A program made the position numbers and the translations under genes. A model generated the notes under the pieces. The model was not told the DNA's origin. It saw only the letters and a program-made list of their open reading frames with translations, and made no database searches. Positions 25,490 through 38,204 of a DNA stretch of 64,000 bases are shown in pieces. Location: the NCBI GenBank assembly GCA_964016885.1, contig OZ024743.1:172732001-172796000 (forward strand), read 5' to 3'. How positions within the stretch are numbered: position 1 is the first letter of the stretch; each line of letters opens with the position of its first letter. This DNA comes from Eledone cirrhosa. Taxonomy: Eukaryota.

Positions 25490-27045
25490 AATGTGAAGAC
25501 TAAAATCCAAAGAGGGCTCGATATGGATAAATATATATCAAATATATAAGAACCCTAGAGCAAATATTTATTAAAATGACAGATTAAAGTTTAAGCAACG
25601 AATCGCTGCCTTCACCCTTAGCGGGATCTTCTGAAACTAAAAAATATCAATCTGTGAACGCAGAAGTAAATATTTCGAAAAACGTTGCAACCAAAGGAAA
25701 ACAGGAAGACGATATTTTGGTTCGTGAAGACGTTCCCTGGCAATGAACGGAAAAAAGCGAAGATAATACATCGTTATGTGGTGCGATGAGAACAAAAGAC
25801 ACGCAAAGACAAAGCCACGTTTATACCATAAATGGAGTCGTAGACTAATATTCTATTTAGGAAACTGAATGATTCTCAGCTTCGGAGTTAATAATGTAAA
25901 TAAATTAGTAGAACGAAAATGACAGAGATTATTAAAATTATAAAAGTAATAATAATTAAATATATACATACACACATCTATATACGTACATACACGTGCA
26001 TACGCGAAAACACCCGCCATGCATGCATATACATGCATGTACACATAAACACGCGAACACGTACATAAACCTGCGCGACACATGTACCCACACACATACA
26101 AACATATACACCAAATACACATAAAAAATGTGTGTGTGTATACATATAGTTATATAAAGGTATATAAATATACACGCATAAATACGTATATAACGCACAC
26201 ACATACCTACAGGTAAATATACATATGTTCACCAAACGTACGTATACCAAAACTCAATGTACACATATAGACACCTTACATAAGTGCAAACACACACAAA
26301 CACAAAATACACATAACCATATACACACATACCAGCATATATAATATATACACCTATAACAAATACAAGCATATATACGTACGAGAAATTATATGTACCT
26401 CCACAAACATATGGGTAAGGTATACTTACCTATATAAACAAGTAGAGGTATAAACATAAAATATACTTAGCTACCACATAAAGACATAAATTATCCGCGT
26501 ATTGTTCGTACTATCTGTTAGGGTATAATATGGGGCTGTAATACAGGAACGTTTTATGCAATTTGCGTTTACAAACCGAAATTGCCTCAGATTTTTTTTA
26601 AGATGTGACCATTGGCGTAGGGTATTTCCAGGGCTTCAGCGGTGCAAAGATTGCATGGTCTTTTGTTTCTGTTATACGATCTAGATTTAGCTAGGATCTC
26701 CCAGTGTAACCTATATTGGTGTGATTGTCTTTTAGACTCCAGATATAAGCTGAAAGTGACGTCACATTCCTTCTTAAAGGGTTAAGAAAAGAATGGGTGT
26801 GCATGTAAAGACGCTGCTTGAATCTATTGCCGGTTAACCCTATGTAGGCTCTACTAGACATGGGTGTTTCGACCTTACATTTGTAGAATATGTTACTGGA
26901 GAGGCATTTCCCGGATAGAGGGCAATCAACCCGATTCCTACAATTACAGTTAGTACTAGCTACAGGGTTGCACGTATTCCTACGGCTAGGTAATTTAGTT
27001 AAATTTGAAGCAGTGATATTATGTGCAAATTTAGGAGTTGTGATA
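25490..27045 (-). mobile_element. Penelope-like (Naiad-type) GIY-YIG fragment plus 3'UTR
   Basis: CNCRNRVDCPLSGKCLSSNIFYKC..AYIGLT..FKQR..H..SF..TSLSAYIWSLK, followed by a C..C motif. Confidence 0.85.
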
Positions 27046-27104
27046 TATATATATATACTCATATATACACATGCATACATGTATATACATATTTACACAC
27101 TCTT

Positions 27105-27207
27105 ATGAGTTCTTCCGCCCTTTGTCAGGTTTTGTTTTTTGTCCTGCTGGGTGTTCGTGAACCGATTTGTTTATGATGAAGCATTTGTGAAGCGAGGTTC
27201 CACTGTA
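27105..27207 (-). mobile_element. Tc1/pogo (Tigger-like) transposon end
   Basis: Minus strand begins TA-CAGTGGAACCTCG, a pogo/Tigger-type TIR. No partner end was seen. Confidence 0.5.
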
Positions 27208-27561
27208 TATGTAATTATTACATGTATGTATATAGTATGTATATGTATATATAAGCTGTGAAAGCTACAGAAATATTCCATATATTCTTCCAGAGCAATC
27301 TCTATTTAAAAATTTACATTTTACGCTTACTTGTCCGCCATTGCAAAAGGCCATAAATTCAAATTTTGAAAAGAGAGGAAAAGAGACAAGTGAACTATGA
27401 ACTTGTACATCTCAATGCCCCCCCCCCCCCCCCCCCGCCACCACAATAACAATAATGTCTACACTCGTTCCCCATCATCACCACATAACTCATTACTCTA
27501 TCTAAGCTGGCTGACCTGTTGACTGTTGACATACTGCTAACTCCTTTGATGTATGTATGTG

Positions 27562-27596
<35 letters not shown>

Positions 27597-27649
27597 GTAT
27601 ATATGTATGTATGCATATGTATATCTCAGTGGATGCAACCAGATTTCAA

Positions 27650-28395
27650 CACAGCAACAACTACAACAACAACTACAACAACAGCGACAGCAACAACAAT
27701 AACAACAGCAGCAACAACACCATTGTCTGTGTTGAATATGTGTGTATGTATGTATTTATATATATGCGACTACAATAACAGCAACAACACCATTTTCTGC
27801 AGCAGCAGCAGTGAAATGAAGAACAACAATGACAGCAGCAGCAACAACAACAGCAACTACAACAGCGACAACAACAGCAACAACAAAACCATTTTCTGTG
27901 TTGAATGTGTGTGTATGTATGTATTTATATATATGCAACTATAATAACAGCAACAGCACCATTGTCTGCAGCAACAGCATCGGTGAAATGAAGAACAGCA
28001 ACAACAGCGGCGGCGGTGGCAGCAGCAGCAGCAGCGACGACGACAACAACAACAACAACACTGAACATCCACCACCATCCACCACCTTCACCACCACCAT
28101 CACTGGCACCATCCACCACCACCGCCATCCACCACCACAACCACCACCATCACTGCACCATCCACCACCACCGCCATCACCACCAACACCATCCACCACT
28201 TTCACCACTACTACCACCGCCACCATCACTAGCACCATCCACCACCACCACCATCAATCACCATCCACCACCACCACCATCACCATCACTGACACCATCC
28301 ACCACCTCTACCACTACCACCACCATCACCATCACTGACACCATCCACCACCACCACCACTGACACCATCCACCACCACCACCACCATTACCAGC
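27650..28395. repeat. Compound (CAA/CAG)n and (CAC/CAT)n microsatellite with higher-order repeats
   Basis: Runs of ACA/GCA and CCA/TCA triplets; the block CCATTGTCTGTGTTGAAT...GTATGTATTTATATATATGC is repeated. Confidence 0.9.
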
Positions 28396-28424
28396 ATAAA
28401 GCAAACAATTATTATTATTATATA

Positions 28425-28555
28425 AAAACTTTACGATCTGAGTTCAAATCCCGCTGAGGTTGACTTTGCCTTTCATCCTTACGGGGTCGATAAAATAAAG
28501 TACCAGTAATGCACTGGGTAATTGCTGGCCTTGTGCCTAAAGTAGAAACAATTAT
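28425..28555 (+). mobile_element. SINE family 1, 5'-truncated
   Basis: GAGTTCAAATCCCGCTGAGGTTGACTTTGCCTTTCATCCTTACGGGGTCGATAAAATAAAGTACCAG. Confidence 0.8.
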
Positions 28556-28789
28556 ATAAAAACGGAACTGGACTGGGAAAAGTCAACAGTTGACATGATT
28601 TTGATTTTGTATCAGTACTGCCGGTAATATATATATATATGTGTGTATGTGAGTGGTGTGTGTGTTTGTATGCATGAATGAGTGTTGGTGTGTGAGTGGC
28701 GTGTGTTTGTAGTTTGTATGCATAAGTGTTGGTGTGTGAGTGTGTGTGTGTGCGTGTCGTGTCACTAAGTGGTTTTTTTTTTTATGACC

Positions 28790-31700
28790 ATGCTGTAAAA
28801 TGAAGGGGTAGAAAGGGCCCTTGAGTCTAGTAAGACATCTTCTCTAGTGCTGGTGGCACAAATAAAAGCACCCAGTCCATGCTGTAAAGTGGTGCTGGTG
28901 TTAGGAAGGGCATCCAACCAGTGTATCAATGCCAAAACACTTATCAGCACAGCAACAAATAGGAACAAAAACAAAATATGAAGACGTCGCATCTCAGAGT
29001 TGCAACACTTAATGTTGGCACTCTCAGAGGTAGATCTGCTGAAATAACGGAGATGCTGGAGAGAAGGCATGTGGATGTGTGCTGCGTGCAAGAGGTGAGA
29101 TGGAGAGGTGCCTCTGCGAGACTAGTCGTAGGCAAACATCTTAGCTATAAGCTTTTCTGGGTAGGTAAGGATGATGGGTTAGGGGGAGTAAGCATTTTCC
29201 TGGCTGAGAGATGGATCAATAAGACAATAGAGGTAGTTCAAGTTAGTAATCGAATAATTAAGCTTAGATTAGTTGTAGGCAGGAGACTACTGACAATCAT
29301 CTCTGCCTCTGCTCCCCAAGCAGGCCAAGGCAAAGATGAGAAAGACTGCTTTTACAAACAACCGCAATGACAGAGGACGGAGACATCGTTATGCTAGCAG
29401 GGGACTTCAATGGACATGTTGGACAGCTCCAGGATGGTTACACTGGGGTACATGGTGGGCACGGTTACGGCTCAAGAAATGAAGAAGGAGTGAGACCTCT
29501 TGAATTTTGTGATGCAAGTACTCTGACTATTTGCAACACAAACTTCCAGAAACCTGCCAATCATCTAATAACCTACAAATCTGGCGAGCACATAAGCCAG
29601 ATTGACTTTTTACTAGTTAGGCAGTGGGACAGGCAGATAGTGTCTAATACCAAGGCACTACTGGGGAAGAATGTACCCCACAGCATAGGTTAGTCGTTAG
29701 TGATATCTCAGTAAGCAAGAGATGGAATGAGACATACAGGAAGGTGTGGAGAAGAAAGGTCTGGAAGCTAAAAGACCTTTCACTAAAATACAAATTTAGG
29801 AAACCCCTTCAAGATGTATATGACGAAAAAGAAGACGATTTAGAGACGTATGACATAAATAACTGGAATTTCTTACGTGACAATTTGTTGCAGGCTACTG
29901 ATGAAACTTGTGGCTGGAGCAGAGCTCCAACCAGACAGAGAGCGACCTGGTGGTGGAACAGCACAGTAGATAAGGCCATTAGAGACAAAAGACTAGCATG
30001 GAAGGCTTGGAAAAAGGGTGGGAGTAGGGAAGAATATACAGCCGCTAAGAGAGAAGCTAGACGGCAGGGAGGCTGAGAGTAGGAGGTTTGCCAATGTTCT
30101 GCGACGGGAAGATCAGAGGCGTGCGGTGTTCCACATTGCAAGGCAAATCAGGATGTTGTTGTCAATGCAAATCAGGGTGTTGTTGGAGATAAATGTATCC
30201 GGAATGATGCCGGTGTACTTAGTGTCACGAATGATCAGAAAAAGGAGGCCTGGAAATGTCATTATGAGAGACTGATGAATGTGGAGAATGAATGGTTGAG
30301 AGAGAAATTACCCTTAGTAGATCCGACAGAGGGACCAGATATTGAGATTGACGAATATAGGGTCCAAGAGGCGATTAAGGAAATGAAAAATGGTAAGGCT
30401 GCTGGACCATCGGGAATAGTTGCTGAGATGCTGAAGGCATCAGGGGACATAGGCACTAAACTGGTTGCACGCATCATCAATCAGGCTATATATGCTGGTG
30501 TCATACCCAAAGACTGGTGCAGCAGTATTCTCATAAATTGCTACAAAGGTAAAGGGGATGCTCTGGAGAGGAGAAATTATAGGGGTATAAAACTGATGGA
30601 TCAGGTTATGAAAGTGGCAGAAAGGATATTAGCACAACTAATTAGAGAAAGGGTCAAACTAGATGAGATGCAGTTTGGTTTTGTGCCTGGAAAGAGTACA
30701 ACGGATGCCCGCTTCTTGGTGAGACAATTGCAAGAGAGGTTCTTAGAGAAAAATAAGCCACTATACATAGCCTTTGTTGACCTAGAGAAGGCCTTTGATA
30801 GGGTACCCCGATCTGTCATCTGGTGGTCCCTAAGGAAACTAGGTGTTGAGGAATGGCTTCTGAGGACAGTGCAAACTTTGTACAGAGGTACTCTCAGTAA
30901 AGTCAGGGTAGGAATGGAGTTTAGTGAGGAATTCCAGATACAAGTAGGAGTACATCAAGGTTCGCTCCTCAGCCCGCTCTTGTTCATTATAGTCCTCCAA
31001 GCCATAACAGAGGAGTTTAAGACTGGCTGTCCATGGGAACTTCTCTATGCTGACGATCTGGTTCTTATAGCAGAATCAGTAGAGGAGCTACAGAATAAAT
31101 TCTGGCTATGGAAACAGCAGTTGGAAGCAAGAGGACTGGGAGTGAACCTAGCTAAGACAAAAGTGTTGATGAGTAGAAAAGAGGACAAAACTCTGATTCT
31201 GTCAGGCCATGTTCGATATGCAGAAAAGGAACTGGCATAAATTCTATAAAATGCACACAATGCAGATCCTGGGTACACAAGAGATGTAACGGGATAGCAG
31301 GCAAACTAACAGGTAGGGAGAAATATGTATGCAGTAGATGTACAGGGAAATTAGACAGTAGAAGTCACATTGATAGACACATTTTTCAAATGCAGGAGGG
31401 TGCTATAGAAGTGGTGGATAGCTTCCGGTACCTAGGAGATCAGATTAGCATGGGAGGAGGGTGTTCCGAGGCCATAGTATCTAGAATAAGGACGGGTTGG
31501 AAGAAGTTTAGGGAGCTGCTTCCTCTGCTGACGAAGAAGTGTTTCTCCCTGCGTACAAAAGACCGGTTATATGATGCTTGTGTGAGGAGCACGATGCTGC
31601 ATGGTAGTGAGACATGGGCAGTAACTACAGAGGATATGCAACGGCTGGAGAGAAATGAGGCAAGCATGCTCCGTTGGATGTGCAGTGTGAATGTGCGTGA

Positions 31701-32045
31701 ATGACCCAGCATGAATGTGTTGAGAGAGAAACTGTGTCTGAGAGGGATAGAATGTAGTGTACGGGAGAGGAGACTGAGGTGGTATGGACATGTGATGCGC
31801 ATGGAGGATGACCGATGGGTGAAGAAGTGCCAGGAAATGCCAGTTGAAGGAAGACGTGGTAGAGGTAGACCACGAAAAACATGGGCAGAGGTGGTGAGAA
31901 CAGACCTCAGATCGTTGAAGCTCACGGTGGAGATGACGAAGGACCGTGACGAGTGGAGAGATGCTGTGCTGAATAAGACCCGTCCCACCCTTGCGAGCAG
32001 AGAAGAGCGGATGTAAAATGATGATGATGACGATGATGATGATGA
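28790..32045 (+). mobile_element. Near-full-length RTE LINE (family B): APE plus RT, (ATG)n tail, inactivated
   Basis: LRVATLNVGTL, VQEVRW, GDFNGHVG, ITYKSG..QIDF, FVDLEKAFDRVP, GVHQGS, YADD, RLRWYGHV, GRPRKTW. Several frameshifts and stops. Tail TAAAATGATGATGATGAC. Confidence 0.95.
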
Positions 32046-32049
32046 TATA

Positions 32050-32740
32050 CATGAAGCATGCATGCTCCGATGAATGTGTAATACACAAACGGCAAAACGT
32101 AAATGAACTAAGTGAGAAATTAGGCATAAGAGGGATCAGATGCAGTTTACTTGAGAGGAGATTACGTTGGTACGGTCATATGATATGTATGAAGGACTAC
32201 AGCTGTATAAAAAAGTGCAGAGCGATCAAAATTGATGGCATCTATGGAGTAGGAAGACCCAGAAAAACCTGGGACAAGGTGATAAAAGCTGACCTTGCAC
32301 ACTTGTACCTCTCTAAGACAATGTCACAGGATCAAAATCTTTGGTGTTATGCAGTAATACAGAAGACCCGCCTTCCCTTACGTACGAACAGTCAGTAGGC
32401 ACCTCTTAACCCAATATACAACCCCCCATTTCTGCCCACACCACCCTTTCTCTGTAAAGTTATGTTGGTACCACAGAACATCCAGCCCACACTAAAGTGG
32501 TCGTGTAGGTGTCACAACAAGAAGCACCCAGTCCACACTGTAAAGTGGTTGTGTAGGAGACAAAATAAAAAGCACCCAGCACACACTGTAAATGTGGTTG
32601 GGGCTAGGAAGGGCATCAAGCCCTAGAAAACCAGCCATGAGCAAGACATGGTCACCCAACCCAACTTGCCTTAAGTGGGACAAACCTGTCTAACCCATGC
32701 TAGTGTGGAATGGAAGATAGACGTTAAATGATGATGATAC
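32050..32740 (+). mobile_element. RTE family A 3' fragment in tandem behind family B
   Basis: ERRLRWYGH..GRPRKTWDKV, family A UTR, ATGATGAT tail. Confidence 0.88.
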
Positions 32741-33359
32741 ATACATATATATATACATATATAACAGACATATATATATATAACAGCATCAACAGTGAGT
32801 TTACACACTATTTTGGTGTTGTTGCTAATGATTTTGGTTCATCATACTGAGGACATTCAATTTGAAAATAAACATCAACTGTGATGGTCACAACAACTGC
32901 ATGGCCCACACATCCATCTTACATACCCATCTGATGGTAAATTTAATGGCCAGTTAAAAGAAAAATGTCACCAATTAGATCTAAAGCTAAATTAATTTAA
33001 GTTACAGGATCATGTGTCGAGTGACCAGGAGACCCACATGGTTAAATGATTTTGTAACATCCTATCAGCCTTCATCCTTCCATTCCCCACCAGTTCCACC
33101 TCATTTAGGGGAGCTAACTTGTATTCCTCTATCTCCCCCTCCCCCTTTATTGTCAAATTCAGTCAAAATTAGCCCTGTTCATCCCCTTATTGACCCCACC
33201 ACTCCCACAACATCTAGTCTGCCTACAGAGTTAATGTTGTTCACCCAGTTCTTCCCTCTACCTCCATCACCTATCTACCCCCTCTGTCATCTCCTTCGCT
33301 GTTTGAATTCTAATTCTAATGTTGACCCCCTTGATGCTGCCAATTCCCAACCACATTGT

Positions 33360-34930
33360 GCTCTTTGGGCCCATACAAGTCACTAATTTCACTTGTGTGG
33401 CCTAAGCTATCACAGGAGCTGCGTGGGTATTACTAAGGTTCAAGCCAAAAGTTTTTCAAACTGGACGTGTAACCAATGCCACTTCAGCTCTGACATACTT
33501 CACAGGTCAGAACCTTGCTCTGACATCCAGATACCTGTTGAGGATTCTGCCACTGCCCTCCAGGACATGTCTAAGTTGAAGCTCATCAACTGGATCCCAA
33601 AAGGAGCTTGAACTTGTTTCGCCTGTGCTCTCTTGAAGCTGTTGAAGAATGTCTGCTTATCCAAAAACACCTCAGATTGGCAGAAACTATTCTTATTCCC
33701 CTTAGTTTCTCTCCAAATGACTAATGCAAAGAAAACAGATCTTTCACATCTTCCCTAAAATGACAATTCCAACTATTTCAGTCCACTCCAACTACTGTTC
33801 ATCTTAGGTCAGTGATCAACTCAGTTCTGAACAATGGATGATCACCAAACTTAAAGAAGGCTGTTAATGGCAAATTCAACGAATTTGACATAAAAAGGGT
33901 GTTTGCCTCCTCCCCTCTTTGTCTTCCATCACCTATTGCACTACAGATTCCCTCAGTTGACTGAAGGAGAAACATCCTCCAGCCCCTCCAGATGACCACT
34001 TACTCTGGCCTGACCCAACAGGTTATCTTCACCTCAGACATCAGGAAGGCAATTCTATCCTTTTCTGCAGTTTCTGGCACAAGGATTAATGGTCTGTGAT
34101 TTCAGCACCTCAGTGATGTCGGCCTTGAGCTCTTGGAGAACCTAACCCAGTTTGTTAACATGTTCTTGTCCGAGAGTGTCCATGCTTACATTTTCCCCCT
34201 GTTCTTTGAGGCTAAATGTTTGGCCTCACAAAGCCCAACGGTGACCTCCACATCATAGCAGTTGGGTGTACTCTGCGACGGCTCACAGCGAAAGTATTTC
34301 TGCCCTTGATTTCAGACTGTCTGTCTGCCAAATTTTTCCCTATTCAGCAAGGTATGGGTACCAAGCTAGGTTGTGAGGTTGCTGCTCACACCACTAAAGC
34401 TTTTACCAACTTACCTTCTGAGACCTCCTCAAACTAGATCTCAGGAACGTCTTCAATTCCACCAGTTGGGATGTCATCCTCCATTCAGTAAAGGAGAAGC
34501 CCCCACAGCTCTACCGCTTCATGTGACCATTTAATCTTATCTGCCTCAGGGGTCCAACAGCGTGACCCGCTCAGGCCTGCTCTTTTTGCACATGGTATCG
34601 ATGACGTTACCAAGATAGGAACTGACCTAGATTTGAATGTTAGGTATCTGGATGATGCTTATTTTTTGGGGGGGAGGGGGGGGGGCCTCCAGAGAAGATC
34701 CTTGCAACCGCGAGGACAATGACTGAGGAACTAGGTTGTTGGGGCCTTCACATCAACAGTTCCAAAAGCCAGCTCTGACTCCTCAACAGCTTCACATCAG
34801 CAGACTGTAAACCTGTTTACAGATTCCTTCCCAGATATCATAGTTCCTCCCTCATTAGTGTGGTGCTTCCTTATAGCTCCAATTACTGACTGAGCTTTCA
34901 AGTCCATCTTTCAATCCAAGTTGGCTAACT
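33360..34930 (+). mobile_element. Degenerate CRE-like non-LTR element (PHD-like finger plus RT)
   Basis: CGLSYHRSCVG..WTCNQC; KPNGDLHIIAVGCTLRRL; GCEVAAH; GVQQRDPL; YLDD. Homologous to 38200-41150. Confidence 0.8.
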
Positions 34931-35045
34931 TTACTCTTTAGTGAACTTGAATGCTTGGTTCCTAGCAATAATTAATTGTATATACTAAAAAAAGTTAGAA
35001 ATTCCAATCTAAAACAACATCTATATATTTGAGAGTATATACATG

Positions 35046-35749
35046 TATAACGGAATACTCCTATGTTTTACCAGCGAAGATTCGAAATCGAATCTGAGGT
35101 TTCTCGCCTCTGGGACCATCTATCATTGGAGGTTCCCACCATTGACTTGTCAAAGACAATGATAATAAACGTACATGCTACTTGACCTCTGATCCCAGCT
35201 TCCTGGGAGACGATAGCCACATGGCTGATAATAAATCAACCTCATATACACATCCTTCTAACTATAGCACTATTATAAATACAAGGAGTTAAGATTCTAA
35301 GCAGTCTGTGTTAAGGTTAACGATGTAGCCAACCTTTCACTCTATCTCTCTCTCCTGGCCTCACTGGTTATCACCTTCTCGGCCACAGACACAGCCAGCC
35401 ATACCTGCCTGACAGATTGACCACTACTACTATGACAATAACGTATACTAAGAATACACACACACAAACATAGAATGAGTGTAGAATGTAAACAATATGA
35501 ATTACTTCCTGTCATATTGTATCTGTAAGATACAACATAACTTTTACTATATCGTTTTCTGTGATACATGCATTTATGCTAACTCATAGCAGCTAGCCAG
35601 TAATCAATGTAGGGATAGTTCATGTCATAAATATTATTACTCGATGTTCAAAGTGAATACTGTTGTTATAAAATAAACGTTAACAATTCAATCATGGCAT
35701 TATTCCTTTTGTCAAACACCCACACTCTGAATTACATCTATCCGCTACA
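35046..35749 (+). mobile_element. Solo LTR (704 bp) with 4-bp TSD CATG
   Basis: Termini TATAACGG...CCGCTACA are imperfect inverted repeats flanked by CATG on both sides. Internal TATAAATA (about 35274) and AATAAA (about 35672). A diverged copy begins TGTAACGG at 41965. Confidence 0.8.
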
Positions 35750-36329
35750 CATGTATGCATCCAAAAGGCTCCTAAACAGTGCAGCCTAGAGAATAACAGA
35801 TTTAATTTTCGACATCTGCATCCCAAGAGGAATGTTTTTGGTTATTAAAATTCCAAAAACATAATTTGCTAAGAGAAATAACTGGATTTCAAGATCTCCA
35901 AAACCGAATGTCACAGAAACCGCCATCATTTCTATCAACAAAAATATCCATTAATGCATGGAGTGAAAAGGTGACAGATAGTCAATTAGATTGGTAAATG
36001 TTTTTTCATTGTCCGTCAAAACACTCTTTTCTTCTGTTGGTCTTTCGATTTCATATTGTTTATGACTTTTCGTTGCAGTGTAGCTTAGTGGTTAAGGCAT
36101 CATAAGGTTGTGAGTTTGATTCCCAGCAGTGCGTTGTATCCTTGAGCAAGACACTTTATTTCACATTACTCCACTTTCCATAGAAACCACCTTGGGGACG
36201 ATTGATGATTCACGGGGATGGCCAATGGGGAATAAGTAACGGGAAATAATAAAAAAGAGATATGGTGTGACATAGAATTTAAAAAATTGAAAGGCATTCT
36301 ATGGTGAAAATTGACCAGCAGCGACAGAC

Positions 36330-37150
36330 TACTAGAATTGACGAAATCTGAGCTTGTTTGAAAAACTCAACACTTTGGAGTTCAAAGTTTTCAAGGTCTC
36401 TACAAACATGAGGGTATATCTTGGTGGAGACGAACAGACAGGGCACTTAGCACAAAATCTCTTAATGCTTAGAGATGGAAGACTTTCTGTAGTTAGCAAG
36501 GGAGCTATTGATATAAGTCCCATAGACATGATGGGTAGAATCCATACTCGATCTCTTAGAAAAGGTATTCCCTAATGTTGTAGATCTGTTCACAAGTCAC
36601 ATGTGACTCAGTTAAAGGGCTATACTGACTCCATAAATATGCCAGTGAAATTGATAAATCAAGAGCTGTTAAAAAGAATTCCAGTGGTTTCGAAGCTCTA
36701 TGGGTCTGTCAACACTGTGGTCAAACAGTTGGAATCTATCAATTACCTGACAGAGTTACCCAACTCTTTTGAACCATCAGGAGTACCTCCACATGTCCTT
36801 CACCTTAAAGAAGGAGCACCTCTCATGTTATTGAGGTATTTGGACCCACATAGGCTATGCAATGGCACTCGATTGATTGTGAAAAAAATTTATCCACACA
36901 TGATTCAAGCTACCATTTCAACAGGATGTAGTAAGGGAGAGGATGTGTTCATCCCAAGAATTCCTTTGATCCCTACTGATATCTCATTTAGATTCAAACG
37001 TCTTCGATTTCCAATGTATCTTAGTTTTGCCATGATCATCAACAAATTGCAAGGGCAAACATTTTCAGTCGCTGGTTTAAAGCTTGAAAAACGCTGCTTC
37101 ACCCATGGTCAGCTTTACATCAGATGTTCCAGAGTAGAAAGATAAAGAAT
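36330..37150 (+). mobile_element. Helitron PIF1 helicase C-terminal fragment
   Basis: LSTNMR-like, GVPPHVLHLK, LCNGTRL, FAMIINKLQGQT, HGQLY..SRV. Confidence 0.88.
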
Positions 37151-37160
37151 GTTTACATCA

Positions 37161-37480
37161 ACTCTCGGGTCTCAAATAACCCCACCATCACCACCATTAA
37201 TTTTTCAGATTCCTCACCCCTACCCGCTTATTGAATTTTGTTTTAAGTGGTAGCATTCCTGCAACAATTTATTTTCTTTAGACATTAAAAAACATACATA
37301 ACAAAAAAAGGTCATTACTAGAAATCCGATACGTCATAAAATAAATAGGGTGGGTTGGGTCTCAATATGTAAACTAGACTAATTCTGGTTTTTAAAAAAT
37401 CAACAGAGACAACCTAGAAATTACCGTTTTTCCAACACCGCCGCTTATTCCAACCCCACTATTATTTGGGACCCGAGGGT
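37161..37480. mobile_element. MITE with about 19-bp TIRs
   Basis: ACTCTCGGGTCTCAAATAA ... TTATTTGGGACCCGAGGGT (2 mismatches). Confidence 0.65.
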
Positions 37481-37830
37481 CATCATCATCATCATTTTAC
37501 GTCCACTTTTCCCTGCTTGCAAGGGTGGGACAGGAACTGATTCTGGCTTGATTTCTACAGCTGAATGCCCTTCCTAACACCAACCTCATTTACAGTGAGT
37601 GCTGGATGCTTTTTTTTTTTTTTTTACCATTGCACCTACACGTCCACTTTACAGTGGAATGATATGGACCCCAGTCCTATCATCTAATTTCTACAGCTGA
37701 GTAAACTGGAGCAATGTGAAATAAAGTGTCTTGCTCAAGGAAACAACACATCACCCCGGTCTGAGAATTGAACTCACAACCTTTCAATTGCAAGGCCAAT
37801 GCTCTAACCACTAAGCCATGTGCCTCCACT
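37481..37830 (-). mobile_element. SINE family 2, full length
   Basis: Reverse complement of 19283-19625, including the tRNA head and (CAT)n tail. Confidence 0.85.
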
Positions 37831-38204
37831 GTATGTACCAAACGAAAAAGAAAAAAACCGTCCTGATTCAGAGACCTATTTATCGAAGAAGACCTTACTG
37901 AAGAAGAAAGAAAAGAATTCCTTTTGTGTCTAAATCTGGATATTTGTACTTCTAATAAATCAGCTTTACCTTACTATTTGTTTTTCTAATTTAGCTTTAT
38001 TTTTTCCATGTTCTTCTTATCCAACCCACCATATAAACAATGCAATGTCAGTGTTGGTGAAATCTCTACCCTAATACGTTAACAGGAGAGACATGGTCTG
38101 ACAGTGAATGTTTTAAAAAATTGAAAGAAAGGCATTCCATAGTGAAAATTGCCAGGCAACGACGCAGGCTACTCTGCTAATAATGAATAAAAAAAATTAT
38201 TTAA

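Noticed and set aside
27519-28363. Host protein with poly-Thr/His/Pro tracts
   Set aside because: ORFs are open in several frames on both strands only because of trinucleotide microsatellites.
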